From the NCBI GenBank assembly GCA_046714175.1, contig JBKKBI010000062.1, forward strand, positions 5,344 through 69,343: a DNA stretch of 64,000 bases, given 5' to 3'. The notes beneath the pieces were generated by a model. It worked only from the letters and a program-made list of their open reading frames with translations, was not told where the DNA came from and did not search any database. Below, piece by piece: positions 7,727 to 17,099 of the stretch. The position numbers were made by a program, and so were the translations under genes. The DNA is from Acidimicrobiia bacterium (GTDB lineage: Bacteria; Actinomycetota; Acidimicrobiia; Spongiisociales; UBA11373). The stretch's first letter is position 1, and each line of letters opens with the position of its first letter.

Positions 7727-8844
7727 AGATTTCCCCGCTTCTCCTGCTCCCGTTCGATCGCCTCGAACAGTGCCTTGAAGTTGCCTTTGCCGAAGCCGGT
7801 GGCGCCACGGCGTTCGATGAACTCGAAGAAAACCGTGGGGCGATCCTGGAGCATCCGGCTGAAGATTTGGAGAAGGTATCCCCCCTCATCCTGGTCGAGC
7901 AAGATCTGCAGGTCCTCCACCTTCTTGCGGTCCACCTTGATGTCGGGCATGCGGCGCCACACGTCCTCGTAGTACGCCGCGGGCACTGCCAGAGTGTCGA
8001 AGCCTCGGGAGCGGGTTTCGGTCACCGTTCCGAGAAGGTCGCCCGTGTGCATGGCGATGTGCTGCACTCCCGGTCCGCGATAGAACTGCAAGTACTCGTC
8101 GATCTGGGACCGCTTCAGTCCCTCGGCGGGCTCGTTGATGGGAAGCTTGATTATTCCGGCCCCATCCCACATCACCTTGGACATCAGCGCCGTGTACTTG
8201 GTGCTGATGGCGTCGTCGTCGAAATGCTTGAGCAGGGTGAAACCAAAGACCCGTTCGTAGAACTCGACCCAATAGTCCATCTTTCCCAGTTCGACGTTCG
8301 CCACGACGTGGTCGATGAACTGCAGCCCGATCGGTCTTGCGATGGTGTCTTCCCGCGGTTCGAACCCGGGCAGGTCGCCCTCTCTCTCGACGAACGAGTG
8401 GATCGTGTCGCCGTAGGCGTGGATCGCTGCGATCACGGCCTTGCCGCGGGCATCTTCCACCACGAAGGGCTTGGCGGCAGGGTCGGCGCCGCGCTCCAGC
8501 GCCACCTCGAAGGCGGCCTCGGCATCGGGGACGTGTAACGCAACGTCGTGCACGCCCGGGCCGTGGCGATGGACGTGCTCGGCGACGGGGTGGTCCGGAC
8601 CCATCGCCGCGGTGACGACGTACCGGATCCGGTCCTGTTCGAGGAGATACGAGGCGGTTTCCCGCGTACCGGTCTCAGGCCCGCGGTAGCCGATGATGCG
8701 AAACCCGAGAAGATGACGAAAGAATTGGGCCGTCTGAAAGGCGTTGCCCACCCACCACTCAAGGTGCGAGAAACCCTTGATGGGGAACGCGTCGCGGCTC
8801 GCCATCTGCTTGGCACGGTTCAGGGTGCCCTGGTCGATGGTCAT
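7723..8844 (-). CDS. hppD: 4-hydroxyphenylpyruvate dioxygenase
   Basis: MTIDQGTLNRAKQMASRDAFPIKGFSHLEWWVGNA ... QIFSRMLQDRPTVFFEFIERRG. Strong RBS aggaggaag immediately before the ATG at 8842-8844. Confidence 0.9.
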   Translation of the reverse strand: MTIDQGTLNRAKQMASRDAFPIKGFSHLEWWVGNAFQTAQFFRHLLGFRIIGYRGPETGTRETASYLLEQDRIRYVVTAAMGPDHPVAEHVHRHGPGVHDVALHVPDAEAAFEVALERGADPAAKPFVVEDARGKAVIAAIHAYGDTIHSFVEREGDLPGFEPREDTIARPIGLQFIDHVVANVELGKMDYWVEFYERVFGFTLLKHFDDDAISTKYTALMSKVMWDGAGIIKLPINEPAEGLKRSQIDEYLQFYRGPGVQHIAMHTGDLLGTVTETRSRGFDTLAVPAAYYEDVWRRMPDIKVDRKKVEDLQILLDQDEGGYLLQIFSRMLQDRPTVFFEFIERRGATGFGKGNFKALFEAIEREQEKRGNL

Positions 8845-8983
8845 GATGCTTCCTCCTGGGAGGAGGACATTGTGCCGCGTTTGGCGAGGGAGCGAGAGGA
8901 TGGCCGGCGGCGCCCAACCGGGGCCGCCCATCGCCCATCATCTACTGCCTCGTTGCCTCAGGCGCCGCCGTTAGCCTCCGACC

Positions 8984-9892
8984 ATGGCACTCGAGATCAC
9001 CCGCCGCGATGCCCGCCGCCAGGCACTGGCGGGGCTGATCGACTACGCCGGGTTGTTTCCGCCTTCCTCGCTGGACATGGGTTCTGCAGCGGCGGAGTAC
9101 CGCGCCGCTCGCCTCGGCCCGGAGGCGTGGCTGGTGGATCGATTCATCTGCCCCGCAGACCGCCTGGTGGAGTTGGCCCGGGTGCTGATCACCACCATGC
9201 GATCCGGAGAGCCGCCGTGGTCGCTCGTGGTCACCGCTGCCCCGGGCGACGCCACGGTCGTCGCGGACTTCTCGTCCGAGCTGGGCCGATCGGCGCGTAT
9301 CGACGCCGTCGAAGTTCGCCTCCCGGCGGGGGCGACGGCGTCGGAGGTGGGGGAGATCCTGAAGGCTTTCGATCGGATCGTCTACTTCGAGGTGCCGTGG
9401 CGGGACCCGGTCGCGGCGCGCCTGCAGCTGCTGGCGGAGGTTCGCCAAAAGACCGGGCGCAGTCTCGGCGCCAAGATCCGGTGCGGTGGGACCACCCCTG
9501 ATGCCTTTCCACCGGCAGCCGCGGTGGCCGCCTTTCTCGCCGAATGCGCCCGTCTCCGGCTGCCGGTCAAGGCCACCGCGGGATTGCATCACCCGTTGCG
9601 CCACACCGACCCCACCACCGGTTTCACCCACCACGGTTTCCTCAACCTTCTCGCTGCCGCTGCTCTCGCCAATAGCGGTGAGTCAACGGCTGAATTGGAG
9701 GCGGTCCTGGAGGAGACGCATGCTGCGGAGTTCTCTCTCGATTCGAGCGGGCTGGGGTGGCGCCACCACCGAGTCGGTGGCGAAGCGCTCGCCGCGCTGC
9801 GGCGTGAGCTGCTCGTCGGCTACGGATCGTGCTCCATCGCGGAACCGGCGGCTGACCTCATCGCCCTCGGAATCCTTCCGGTGCGGCCGTGA
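8984..9892 (+). CDS. Hypothetical protein (His-rich motif KATAGLHHPLRH), translationally coupled to fahA
   Basis: 302 aa with no family recognised. Its stop overlaps the fahA GTG start (GTGA at 9889-9892). Divergent from hppD. Confidence 0.5.
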   Translation: MALEITRRDARRQALAGLIDYAGLFPPSSLDMGSAAAEYRAARLGPEAWLVDRFICPADRLVELARVLITTMRSGEPPWSLVVTAAPGDATVVADFSSELGRSARIDAVEVRLPAGATASEVGEILKAFDRIVYFEVPWRDPVAARLQLLAEVRQKTGRSLGAKIRCGGTTPDAFPPAAAVAAFLAECARLRLPVKATAGLHHPLRHTDPTTGFTHHGFLNLLAAAALANSGESTAELEAVLEETHAAEFSLDSSGLGWRHHRVGGEALAALRRELLVGYGSCSIAEPAADLIALGILPVRP

Positions 9893-11088
9893 CCACGATC
9901 GCGATTCCCACGGGAAGCGACTTCCCCCTGGAGAACCTGCCCTACGGGGTGTTCGACCCGGGTGAGGGCCCTCGGCTCGGCGTGGCCATCGGCGATGCTG
10001 TCCTCGATCTGCGGGCCGCGGCGAGCCGCGGGCTCCTTCCCCACGCAGACGAGTTGTCGCAACCGACCCTGCATCCATTCCTCGCCCTCGGTCGGGGACC
10101 ATGGCAGGAAACCCGCGCCGCGCTGCAAGCACTGCTCACCTCGGATCGCGTTCCCGCCGGGTCGATGCGAAATCGGTCCGAGGTGCGCATGCTGCTCCCG
10201 GTCCACCCTGGCGACTACGTGGACTTCTACTCATCGCTCCACCATGCCACCAATCTGGGACGGCTCTTTCGTCCTGGCGATGATCCGCTTCATCCCAATT
10301 GGCGCCAGCTGCCGGTGGGTTATCACGGGCGTGCGGGGAGCGTGATCGTGTCGGGCACCCCGGTGCATCGACCCCGCGGTCCGGTAGGGCCGGGAACTGG
10401 AGCGGTGCCAACCGCGGCACTCGACTTCGAACTCGAAGTCGGTTTCATCACCGGACCCGGAAGGCCTCTCGGGCAGGCGATCGCCGCCGACGATGCCGCC
10501 GACCACATCTTCGGCTTCGTCCTGGTGAACGACTGGAGCGCCCGTGACATCCAGCGGTGGGAGTACGTGCCACTGGGACCATTCTTGGGCAAGTCGTTTG
10601 CCACCACGATCTCGCCATGGGTCGTGCCTCTGGAGGCGCTACGGCCCTATCTGGTTGCGGGTCCACCGCAGGACCCCACCCCGTCCGACTATTTGCGGAC
10701 CGCGGGAGACTGGGGCCTCGACCTCACACTCGAAGTGGCGTTGCGGCCGGCTGGCGGACGCGAGCGGTCGATCACCCAGGTGGACTTTGCCTCCATGTAC
10801 TGGACGATCGCGCAGCAGTTGGCCCATGCGACCGTCAACGGGGCCCGGGTCCGCCCCGGCGACCTGTTCGCCTCCGGCACCGTATCCGGAGCCGATCCGG
10901 GCAGTTGGGGCAGCCTGATCGAGATCACCCGCAACGGAGCGGAGCCGCTCGAGTTGAGCGACGGCAGCACGCGCACCTTTCTCGAGGACGGAGACACCGT
11001 GGTCATCAGGGGCTGGGCCGAGCGCCCCGGCCTGCCGCGGATCGGATTCGGCGAGTGCGTGGGGACGGTCCTATCGGCCCTTGGCTGA
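9889..11088 (+). CDS. fahA: Fumarylacetoacetate hydrolase (fumarylacetoacetase)
   Basis: PYGVFDP...VGYHGRAGSVIVSGTPVHRP...FGFVLVNDWSARDIQRWEYVPLGPFLGKSF matches the FAH family. Confidence 0.85.
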   Translation: MTTIAIPTGSDFPLENLPYGVFDPGEGPRLGVAIGDAVLDLRAAASRGLLPHADELSQPTLHPFLALGRGPWQETRAALQALLTSDRVPAGSMRNRSEVRMLLPVHPGDYVDFYSSLHHATNLGRLFRPGDDPLHPNWRQLPVGYHGRAGSVIVSGTPVHRPRGPVGPGTGAVPTAALDFELEVGFITGPGRPLGQAIAADDAADHIFGFVLVNDWSARDIQRWEYVPLGPFLGKSFATTISPWVVPLEALRPYLVAGPPQDPTPSDYLRTAGDWGLDLTLEVALRPAGGRERSITQVDFASMYWTIAQQLAHATVNGARVRPGDLFASGTVSGADPGSWGSLIEITRNGAEPLELSDGSTRTFLEDGDTVVIRGWAERPGLPRIGFGECVGTVLSALG

Positions 11089-11193
11089 TAGCACTCATGA
11101 GTCATGAGCCAGAGCCGGCACCGGTAACCTTCCGGCGATGTCTCATAACCGCGATGGGAATACGGTGTTCATCGCCATCGTCACGGTGGCCTG

Positions 11194-12174
11194 ATGGCTC
11201 GGGTTCGTCTCTTCGCCAACCTGCGGGAGCTTGCCGGCACGGCTTCGGTCGAGATCGACGGCGCGACTGTGGCCGAGATTCTCAGCGCCGCCACCGATCG
11301 TTATGGCGCCGACTTCGCCCGGGCACTGCAAACCGCCCAGGTGTGGGTCGATGGGGAACGGGTCACCCGCGAGGCCCCCGTCCCGCATGGGTCCGAGTTG
11401 GCGGTGATCCCTCCCGTCTCCGGCGGGTCGCTGGTGGTTCAGTCCCCGATCGGCCTCGAGATCGCGCTGGTGCTCGCGACCTTCGGGATCCTGTTCCTGG
11501 GCAACGCCCTTTCGCTGGAGTGGTTCACGGTGCTGGTCGTGCTGGTCGCATCCGTGTGGGTGTTGGACATCACCGGGTCCACCGACCGTCGCGGCCTTCC
11601 TCTGGCCAATGCGGTGATCATGCTCACTGTGGGCGCTGGCGCGCTCGCCACCTACCGCTTCGGTGTGGTTGGGATGGCGGCCACCGCCGGTACCGCCGTG
11701 GTCGGAGTACTGGTGGCATCGGTGTTCCGTTCCCTGCTCCGCCCAATCGACTCATTCGCGGCCGGGGCCGTTCTGGCGATCGTCACCGCCATCGGCACCT
11801 CTGCGATGGTTCTCTTGCGCCTGCGGTCGCGCGACGAGACCATGGTGTTCCTCTTCGTGCTCAGCGTGGCGGTGGTGGTCTCCTGGTTTTCGGATCGCGC
11901 CGAGATGCCCATCATCGACCCGCTGGTCGCCCTGCTGGTGGGGGCGGTGCTTGCCGGGGCAGTCGGTGGGGCGTTGTGGGCTCCCGACCTTCTCAGCGCC
12001 ATCGGAGCCGCGGTGGCCGCAGCGATTGCGCTGGTGTCAGGCCGCAACCTCGGCACCCTGCTCCGCGCTGGAGGCTTCTTCACCCAGGGCACCATTCCGG
12101 GGAGCCTCGCCTACTTTGATGGTGCCTTGCTCGCCGCCGCCGCCTTCTGGTCGATCCTGACGGTGCTCAGTTAG
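11194..12174 (+). CDS. MoaD/ThiS-like beta-grasp domain (ends ...IPPVSGG) fused in frame to a polytopic membrane domain
   Basis: MARVRLFANLRELAGTASVEIDGATVAEILSAATDRYGADFARALQTAQVWVDGERVTREAPVPHGSELAVIPPVSGG is followed directly by about 250 aa of hydrophobic helices. Confidence 0.55.
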   Translation: MARVRLFANLRELAGTASVEIDGATVAEILSAATDRYGADFARALQTAQVWVDGERVTREAPVPHGSELAVIPPVSGGSLVVQSPIGLEIALVLATFGILFLGNALSLEWFTVLVVLVASVWVLDITGSTDRRGLPLANAVIMLTVGAGALATYRFGVVGMAATAGTAVVGVLVASVFRSLLRPIDSFAAGAVLAIVTAIGTSAMVLLRLRSRDETMVFLFVLSVAVVVSWFSDRAEMPIIDPLVALLVGAVLAGAVGGALWAPDLLSAIGAAVAAAIALVSGRNLGTLLRAGGFFTQGTIPGSLAYFDGALLAAAAFWSILTVLS

Positions 12175-12257
12175 TAGCTGAGCCCTGAGTCATGACCCCG
12201 ACATGAGTCGCGCCCGGGCCCTGCTTACCGCCTCTGGGGGCAGCATGTACGACGCCG

Positions 12258-12276
12258 CTGACGGCGCTGCCGTCAG
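12258..12276. terminator. Hairpin CTGACGGC-gct-GCCGTCAG at the convergent gene ends
   Basis: Perfect 8-bp inverted repeat overlapping the aminotransferase stop codon. Confidence 0.3.
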
Positions 12277-13352
12277 AGCAGCCCGCGGAGCGCCACGATC
12301 AAGCCCTCGTTCTCCTGGGGCGACCCGGCGGTGATGCGCACCCAGCCCAGGGGCGGAACCGGGCGCACTATGTATCCCTTTTCCAGGAGGCCGTGCACCA
12401 TCGCGGCGGCGGCATCCCCAAATCGGGTGTAGACAAAGTTGGTCTGGGTGTCGATGACGGTGAGGCCGAGGTCGCGCAGCGTAGCGGTGAGGTGGGTCAC
12501 GGCGAGGGTGTTGCGGCGCACCCGTTCGGAAACCCGATCCTGATGTCGCAACGCCTCGACGGCGGCCACCTCGCCGAGAGTATTGACCGTGAAGGGCAGC
12601 TGCAGGCGGCGGAAGTTGGCGATCGACTCCTGCGCTGTGACCGCGTATCCGATCCGAAGCCCAGCGAGTCCGTAGGCCTTGGAGAAGGTACGGGTGACCA
12701 TCACGTTGTCGCGTGTGGCGGCGAGCGGAAGCATGGTGCGAAAGTCGGGTGCGGTGGCGAACTCGGCGTATGCCTCATCGATCACCACCAGGATGTCCTC
12801 GCGGAGGGAGTCCACGAAGTCTTCTAAGTCATCACCGGGGACGTGAGTGCCAGTGGGATTGTTCGGGTTGCACACGAACACCACGCTCGTGTCGGGTCGC
12901 ACCGCCTGGCGCATCGCGCCCAGGTCATGGCGATGGCGGCCGTCGAGTGGCACGGCGATGTCCGTGCCGAAGCCGGTGCGGGTGGCGATCTGATACAGGG
13001 AGAACGAGGGCCAGCTGTAGACCGCGCTGCTGGCGGGGTGGGTGACCGCGAGCGCGGCCACAAGGGTCAATTCGTTGCTCGCCCCTCCGCACCAGACGCG
13101 GTCGGTCGGCACCCCATAGAACTCCGACAGCGCCCGGGTGAGATCAGGTCGGCTGTTGTCCGGATAGCGATTGAGCCCGGCGGCCGCGGCGGCGATCGCC
13201 GCCTGTACCTCGGGAGCGGGAGGCTCCGGGCTCTCATTCGAGGCGAGCTTCACCACTTGTTGCAGCCGAAAGGTGGCGAGCACCTCGGCAATGGCGCGTC
13301 CCGGCCGATATGCCTCGATCCGGTCGATGTCAGGACGGAAGCGGATGGGCAT
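12273..13352 (-). CDS. Class II aminotransferase (histidinol-phosphate / aromatic aminotransferase family)
   Basis: KLASNESP, CNPNNPTG, TFSKAYGLAGLRIGY (the PLP-binding lysine motif). Confidence 0.8.
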   Translation of the reverse strand: MPIRFRPDIDRIEAYRPGRAIAEVLATFRLQQVVKLASNESPEPPAPEVQAAIAAAAAGLNRYPDNSRPDLTRALSEFYGVPTDRVWCGGASNELTLVAALAVTHPASSAVYSWPSFSLYQIATRTGFGTDIAVPLDGRHRHDLGAMRQAVRPDTSVVFVCNPNNPTGTHVPGDDLEDFVDSLREDILVVIDEAYAEFATAPDFRTMLPLAATRDNVMVTRTFSKAYGLAGLRIGYAVTAQESIANFRRLQLPFTVNTLGEVAAVEALRHQDRVSERVRRNTLAVTHLTATLRDLGLTVIDTQTNFVYTRFGDAAAAMVHGLLEKGYIVRPVPPLGWVRITAGSPQENEGLIVALRGLL

Positions 13353-13528
13353 GGCAAGAGGGTAGAGAAGCGGTCAGCAGTGAGCTATCGGTGATCAGCT
13401 GAGCAGCTATCAGCCAGAGTGCGCCGTAGCCCTTCGCCCATCGCAGTAGCCAATGTCGCATATCTCGCGATCGCAGGCACCATCCCCTTTCACCTCAGGC
13501 GGGAACGTGCCGAAGGGAATGCCGGGAA

Positions 13529-14704
13529 ATGATGACCACCAGACATACGATGCTCCTCGTGAGCTCGTGGCGACGACGCGCTGTGGCGCTCGTCCTCATC
13601 ACTGTCGCCGCCCTCGCCCAGAGTGGTGGAATCCCGGCCTACTCGGTGGATGAGGAGGACGTCGAGCAGGCGCGTCAGGAGCGCGAACAGGCTGCCCGGG
13701 AGCGGGCCGCCGCCCTCGCGGACCTCGACTCCGCCGTCGCCGCCTATGAGGCGCTCAATGCCGAACTCCAGGAGCTGACGTTTCGTGTCGGCCGTCTCCG
13801 GTCCCAAATCGACCTCTACGAGTCGCAAAGCCGCGATCTGCGCGACGAGATTCGCACCCAAGCCGTTGACTCCTACATGCATGGTGACGAGCGCGATGGT
13901 CTTAGTGCAGTCTTCAATCCGGAGGTGGTGCAGCAGTCGATCATCGCCCGGGAGGTGCTGGCTCTGGCGATCGATAGTGACTCGGCCTCCCTGGACTCAC
14001 TCCTGGCGGTCACGGCGGAGATGGACCGTCTTCAGGAGTCCTTGCGCACCGACAGCGCTCGGGTCGAGGAACTCCGGGTCGAGGCCGATGCCGTCGTCGC
14101 CCGGATGGACGAGCTGTTCGCGCAAGCCGACGCAGAGTTCAACCAGGCCCAGTCGGAGTTCGTTGCTGCCTCCGCGGCGCTTGCCGAGCAGCGGCGCCGG
14201 GAGGAGGAGGAGCGCCAGCGTCGCGAAGCCGAGCAGCGGGTGCGGGACCTGATCCGGGCGTCCCTGGGTGCGCCCTCCCTGGGGGTGCCGATGTCGATCA
14301 CTCCCGGCGTCATCTGTCCGGTCGCCGCTCCGACCTTTTTCATCAATTCGTGGGGGTTTCCTCGTTCCGGTGGGCGCGTCCACCTCGGTACCGACATGTT
14401 CGCCGCATACCGCGCACCCCTGGTCGCCGTGGGCGATGGGGTGGTCCGGTTGTCCACCTCGAGTCTCGGCGGCATCGTCGTCCACTTGTGGGCCGACCAC
14501 GGAGTCGATTACTTCTATGCGCATCTCGATGCCTACGCCCCCGGTCTCACCAGTGGGCAGCGGGTCACCAGGGGCCAGTTGCTCGGCTACAACGGCGACA
14601 CTGGGAATGCCGCTTCCGGGGCCTATCACTTGCACTTCGGAATGCGTCCGGGTAACACCATCAACGTGAACCCGTATCCGACGGTGCGGGCGGTCTGCCC
14701 GTGA
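13529..14704 (+). CDS. Secreted M23-family peptidase with an N-terminal coiled-coil region
   Basis: Signal peptide, a long coiled-coil, and C-terminal HLGTDMFAAYRAPLVAVGDGVV ... GYNGDTGNAASGAYHLHFG (LytM/M23 motifs). Confidence 0.8.
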   Translation: MMTTRHTMLLVSSWRRRAVALVLITVAALAQSGGIPAYSVDEEDVEQARQEREQAARERAAALADLDSAVAAYEALNAELQELTFRVGRLRSQIDLYESQSRDLRDEIRTQAVDSYMHGDERDGLSAVFNPEVVQQSIIAREVLALAIDSDSASLDSLLAVTAEMDRLQESLRTDSARVEELRVEADAVVARMDELFAQADAEFNQAQSEFVAASAALAEQRRREEEERQRREAEQRVRDLIRASLGAPSLGVPMSITPGVICPVAAPTFFINSWGFPRSGGRVHLGTDMFAAYRAPLVAVGDGVVRLSTSSLGGIVVHLWADHGVDYFYAHLDAYAPGLTSGQRVTRGQLLGYNGDTGNAASGAYHLHFGMRPGNTINVNPYPTVRAVCP

Positions 14705-14734
14705 CCCGTCCGGCCATCCTCTACCCTTGATCCC

Positions 14735-15280
14735 GTGACCGAGACCAAGCGCCGCCGCATCGACCAGATCCAGGATCCTGAGTTCCTGCGCAACCTGGCC
14801 ACGATCACCCAGGACGAACTCCGGGACCGTCGCAGTATGTGCGACGACCTCGACCTGGAGTTCTCCTATTACCGCAGGCTGCTTCACGGCCGCATGGATC
14901 TGTTGGCGTTCGAGATGCGGCGCCGCGCCGGCGAGGAAGAGCAGACCCTCCTCGAGGCGCTTCCGAAGATCCTGGCGGCCGGGGCCTACAACTCCGATCC
15001 CGGACTGCCGAGCAGGAACATTCCGATCGAGGCTCCCGATGTGCCCTCCCCGGGTCGTCGCCTCATCGACCGGGCCCTGCAGGGCGACTTCCTGGCTCGC
15101 CTCGGCGACCTGACCGATGACGACCTCCGGGAGACGCATCGCTTCCTGGAGCAGATGGAGGTCGAGGTCTCGATGCAGCGTCGTGTGGTCCACACCGTCC
15201 TCGATCGATTGCAGGCGGAGGTGACCCGGCGGTACCGGGATGGTTTGGCCGATCCCGGTGAGCTGCTGGCCCGCGGGTGA
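14735..15280 (+). CDS. Hypothetical helical protein; possible RsiG-like c-di-GMP-binding anti-sigma factor
   Basis: Two helices carry DxxxSxxRxxxHxxxD (DLEFSYYRRLLHGRMD) and ExxxSxxRxxxHxxxD (EVEVSMQRRVVHTVLD). These resemble the RsiG E(x)3S(x)2R(x)3Q(x)3D repeats. GTG start. Confidence 0.35.
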   Translation: MTETKRRRIDQIQDPEFLRNLATITQDELRDRRSMCDDLDLEFSYYRRLLHGRMDLLAFEMRRRAGEEEQTLLEALPKILAAGAYNSDPGLPSRNIPIEAPDVPSPGRRLIDRALQGDFLARLGDLTDDDLRETHRFLEQMEVEVSMQRRVVHTVLDRLQAEVTRRYRDGLADPGELLARG

Positions 15281-16215
15281 TCGTCGGTTCGATCCGTAGC
15301 GGTCTGGTCGAGACCGTGCATCCCGTCGCCGTGGCCGTCGTCGATCCGGATGGAGCGGTCTTGGTCACTTCTGGTGACGCCTCGGATCGGGACTTCTTTC
15401 TCCGCTCCGCAATCAAGCCCCTTCAGGCCGCGGTATCGCAACGGCTGGGAGCGGCACTGGGCCTGGAACAACTCGCGGTGGCGGCATCGAGCCATGAGGG
15501 TCAGCCGGCGCACATCGCCATCGTCGAGCAGATGCTGCTCGAGGTCGGCCTGGAAGCGGGGAACCTGCGCTGCCCACCCGATTGGCCGGGCGACGCGGAC
15601 TCCGAGCGGCGATGGGTGGCGATGGGCCGGGACCACCAGGAGGCGGTGTTTCACAACTGCTCAGGCAAGCACGCTGCCATGCTCCGAGCCTGCGCGGCCC
15701 GGGGCTGGTCCCTCGAGTATCTCGCCGCCGACCATCCGCTGCAGAAGGAGGTGCTGGTCGCAGTGGAGGCTGCGACTGGCCGGACGGTGGGACCGACCGG
15801 AGTGGACGGATGTGGTGCGCCGACGCTGCGCAGCGATGTCGTCGGACTCGCCCGGGGATTCGCCGCCATCGCCGCGGACCCGGACCTGGCCGAGGTGCGC
15901 TCGGCAGCGATGCGCTTTGCCTCGCTGACCCGGGATGGCGATCGCCCCGAGACCGAGATCGCCCGCTGGCTCCCCACTGTCGTCAAGGGTGGGGCGGCGG
16001 GATGCATCGGGATCGCCTGGCCGGAAGGCGGCCTCGGTATCGCTGCCAAGTGCTGGACGGGTGACGGGGCCGCCGCGGTGGTCGGCGCCATCACGGTGAT
16101 GACCGAGTTGGGAATCGTTCCGGATCATCCGCGGGCTCAGCTGGAGGCGGTGGCGCATCCCCCGGTTCTGGGGGGCGGCAAGCCGGTCGGGCATCTTGCG
16201 GTGATCGAACGATGA
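15277..16215 (+). CDS. Asparaginase_II-family (PF06089-like) protein
   Basis: RSGLVETVHPVAVAVVDPDG...FFLRSAIKPLQAA; start overlaps the upstream stop (GTGA). Confidence 0.55.
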   Translation: MIVGSIRSGLVETVHPVAVAVVDPDGAVLVTSGDASDRDFFLRSAIKPLQAAVSQRLGAALGLEQLAVAASSHEGQPAHIAIVEQMLLEVGLEAGNLRCPPDWPGDADSERRWVAMGRDHQEAVFHNCSGKHAAMLRACAARGWSLEYLAADHPLQKEVLVAVEAATGRTVGPTGVDGCGAPTLRSDVVGLARGFAAIAADPDLAEVRSAAMRFASLTRDGDRPETEIARWLPTVVKGGAAGCIGIAWPEGGLGIAAKCWTGDGAAAVVGAITVMTELGIVPDHPRAQLEAVAHPPVLGGGKPVGHLAVIER

Positions 16216-17099
16216 ACCCTTGGGCCGATTGGTCGGGGCTGCAGGCCCTGGCCGGCGGCACCGGACCGTTCCCGTACCGCGGATTCCTGGAGTCTTGGTG
16301 GCGTCACCGGGGCCGAGGCGAGTTACTCACTCTCCGCGCCGGCGACGGGGCGGTGGGGCTGGTGGTCGATGCGGGTGTGGTCCGGTTCGTCGGGGAGGCG
16401 GACCTCACCGACTACCACTCTCCTCTCGGTGACGACCTGGAGCCGGTGGTGGCGGCGCTGGTCTCTGCCCTGGCCGCGGGCACCGTCCTGGCGCTGGACT
16501 CGCTGCCCATGGAAGCGGCCGAGCCTTTGATGAAACAATTCGCCGCCGCCGGCGTTGCTATGTCGATGAGTTCCCACGACGCCACGATGGTGCTGGACCT
16601 CCCCCGTGACCCCAACGCATATCTGGCGCTTCTCGACGCCAAACAGCGCCACGAACTGCGCCGCAAGCGTCGTCGCTTCGAGGAGCAAGCCGGGATCCCG
16701 AGCCTGGTCAGATATGACAACGCCCTGGAGGGTTTTGCTGCCATGCACCGCACCGCCACCGGAGAAAAGGGCGAGTTCATGACGCCCGACATGGAATCGT
16801 TCTTCGGCTCGCTGGTCACCGACGCCGGTGGGGTCATCGACCTGTTGCTCGATGGGTCGGGCAATCCGGCGGCGGCGGCATTCGGTTTCGAGGACGCCGA
16901 CACCTACTACCTGTACAACTCTGCGTTCGCGGCGGAACGAGCGCCGCTGTCGCCTGGGATCGTGCTCGTGGCGGAGTTGATCGCGGCGACCATCCGCTCC
17001 GGTCGGCGGCGTTTCGACTTCCTCAAAGGCGGAGAGGACTACAAGGTCCGCCTCGGAGCCCGACCCAGGCCGCTGTATCGGCTGGAGGGGGCGTTGTGA
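16212..17099 (+). CDS. GNAT/FemAB-like acyltransferase (Acetyltransf_6 / CelD-like)
   Basis: C-terminal ...YYLYNSAFAAERAPLSPGIVLVAELIAATIRSGRRRFDFLKGGEDYK matches BioF2/FemAB-like GNATs. 4-bp overlaps with both neighbours. Confidence 0.55.
   Translation: MNPWADWSGLQALAGGTGPFPYRGFLESWWRHRGRGELLTLRAGDGAVGLVVDAGVVRFVGEADLTDYHSPLGDDLEPVVAALVSALAAGTVLALDSLPMEAAEPLMKQFAAAGVAMSMSSHDATMVLDLPRDPNAYLALLDAKQRHELRRKRRRFEEQAGIPSLVRYDNALEGFAAMHRTATGEKGEFMTPDMESFFGSLVTDAGGVIDLLLDGSGNPAAAAFGFEDADTYYLYNSAFAAERAPLSPGIVLVAELIAATIRSGRRRFDFLKGGEDYKVRLGARPRPLYRLEGAL

Noticed and set aside
11420-11440. Treating the MoaD domain and the membrane domain as two separate genes.
   Set aside because: No stop codon or frame change is visible at the junction in this sequence. 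It is kept as a fusion but flagged for read-level verification.
10557-12119. 520-aa plus-strand ORF spanning the fahA 3' half and the MoaD-fusion gene.
   Set aside because: It is Arg/Gly/Pro-rich low-complexity translation of an alternate frame. It overlaps two well-supported genes.
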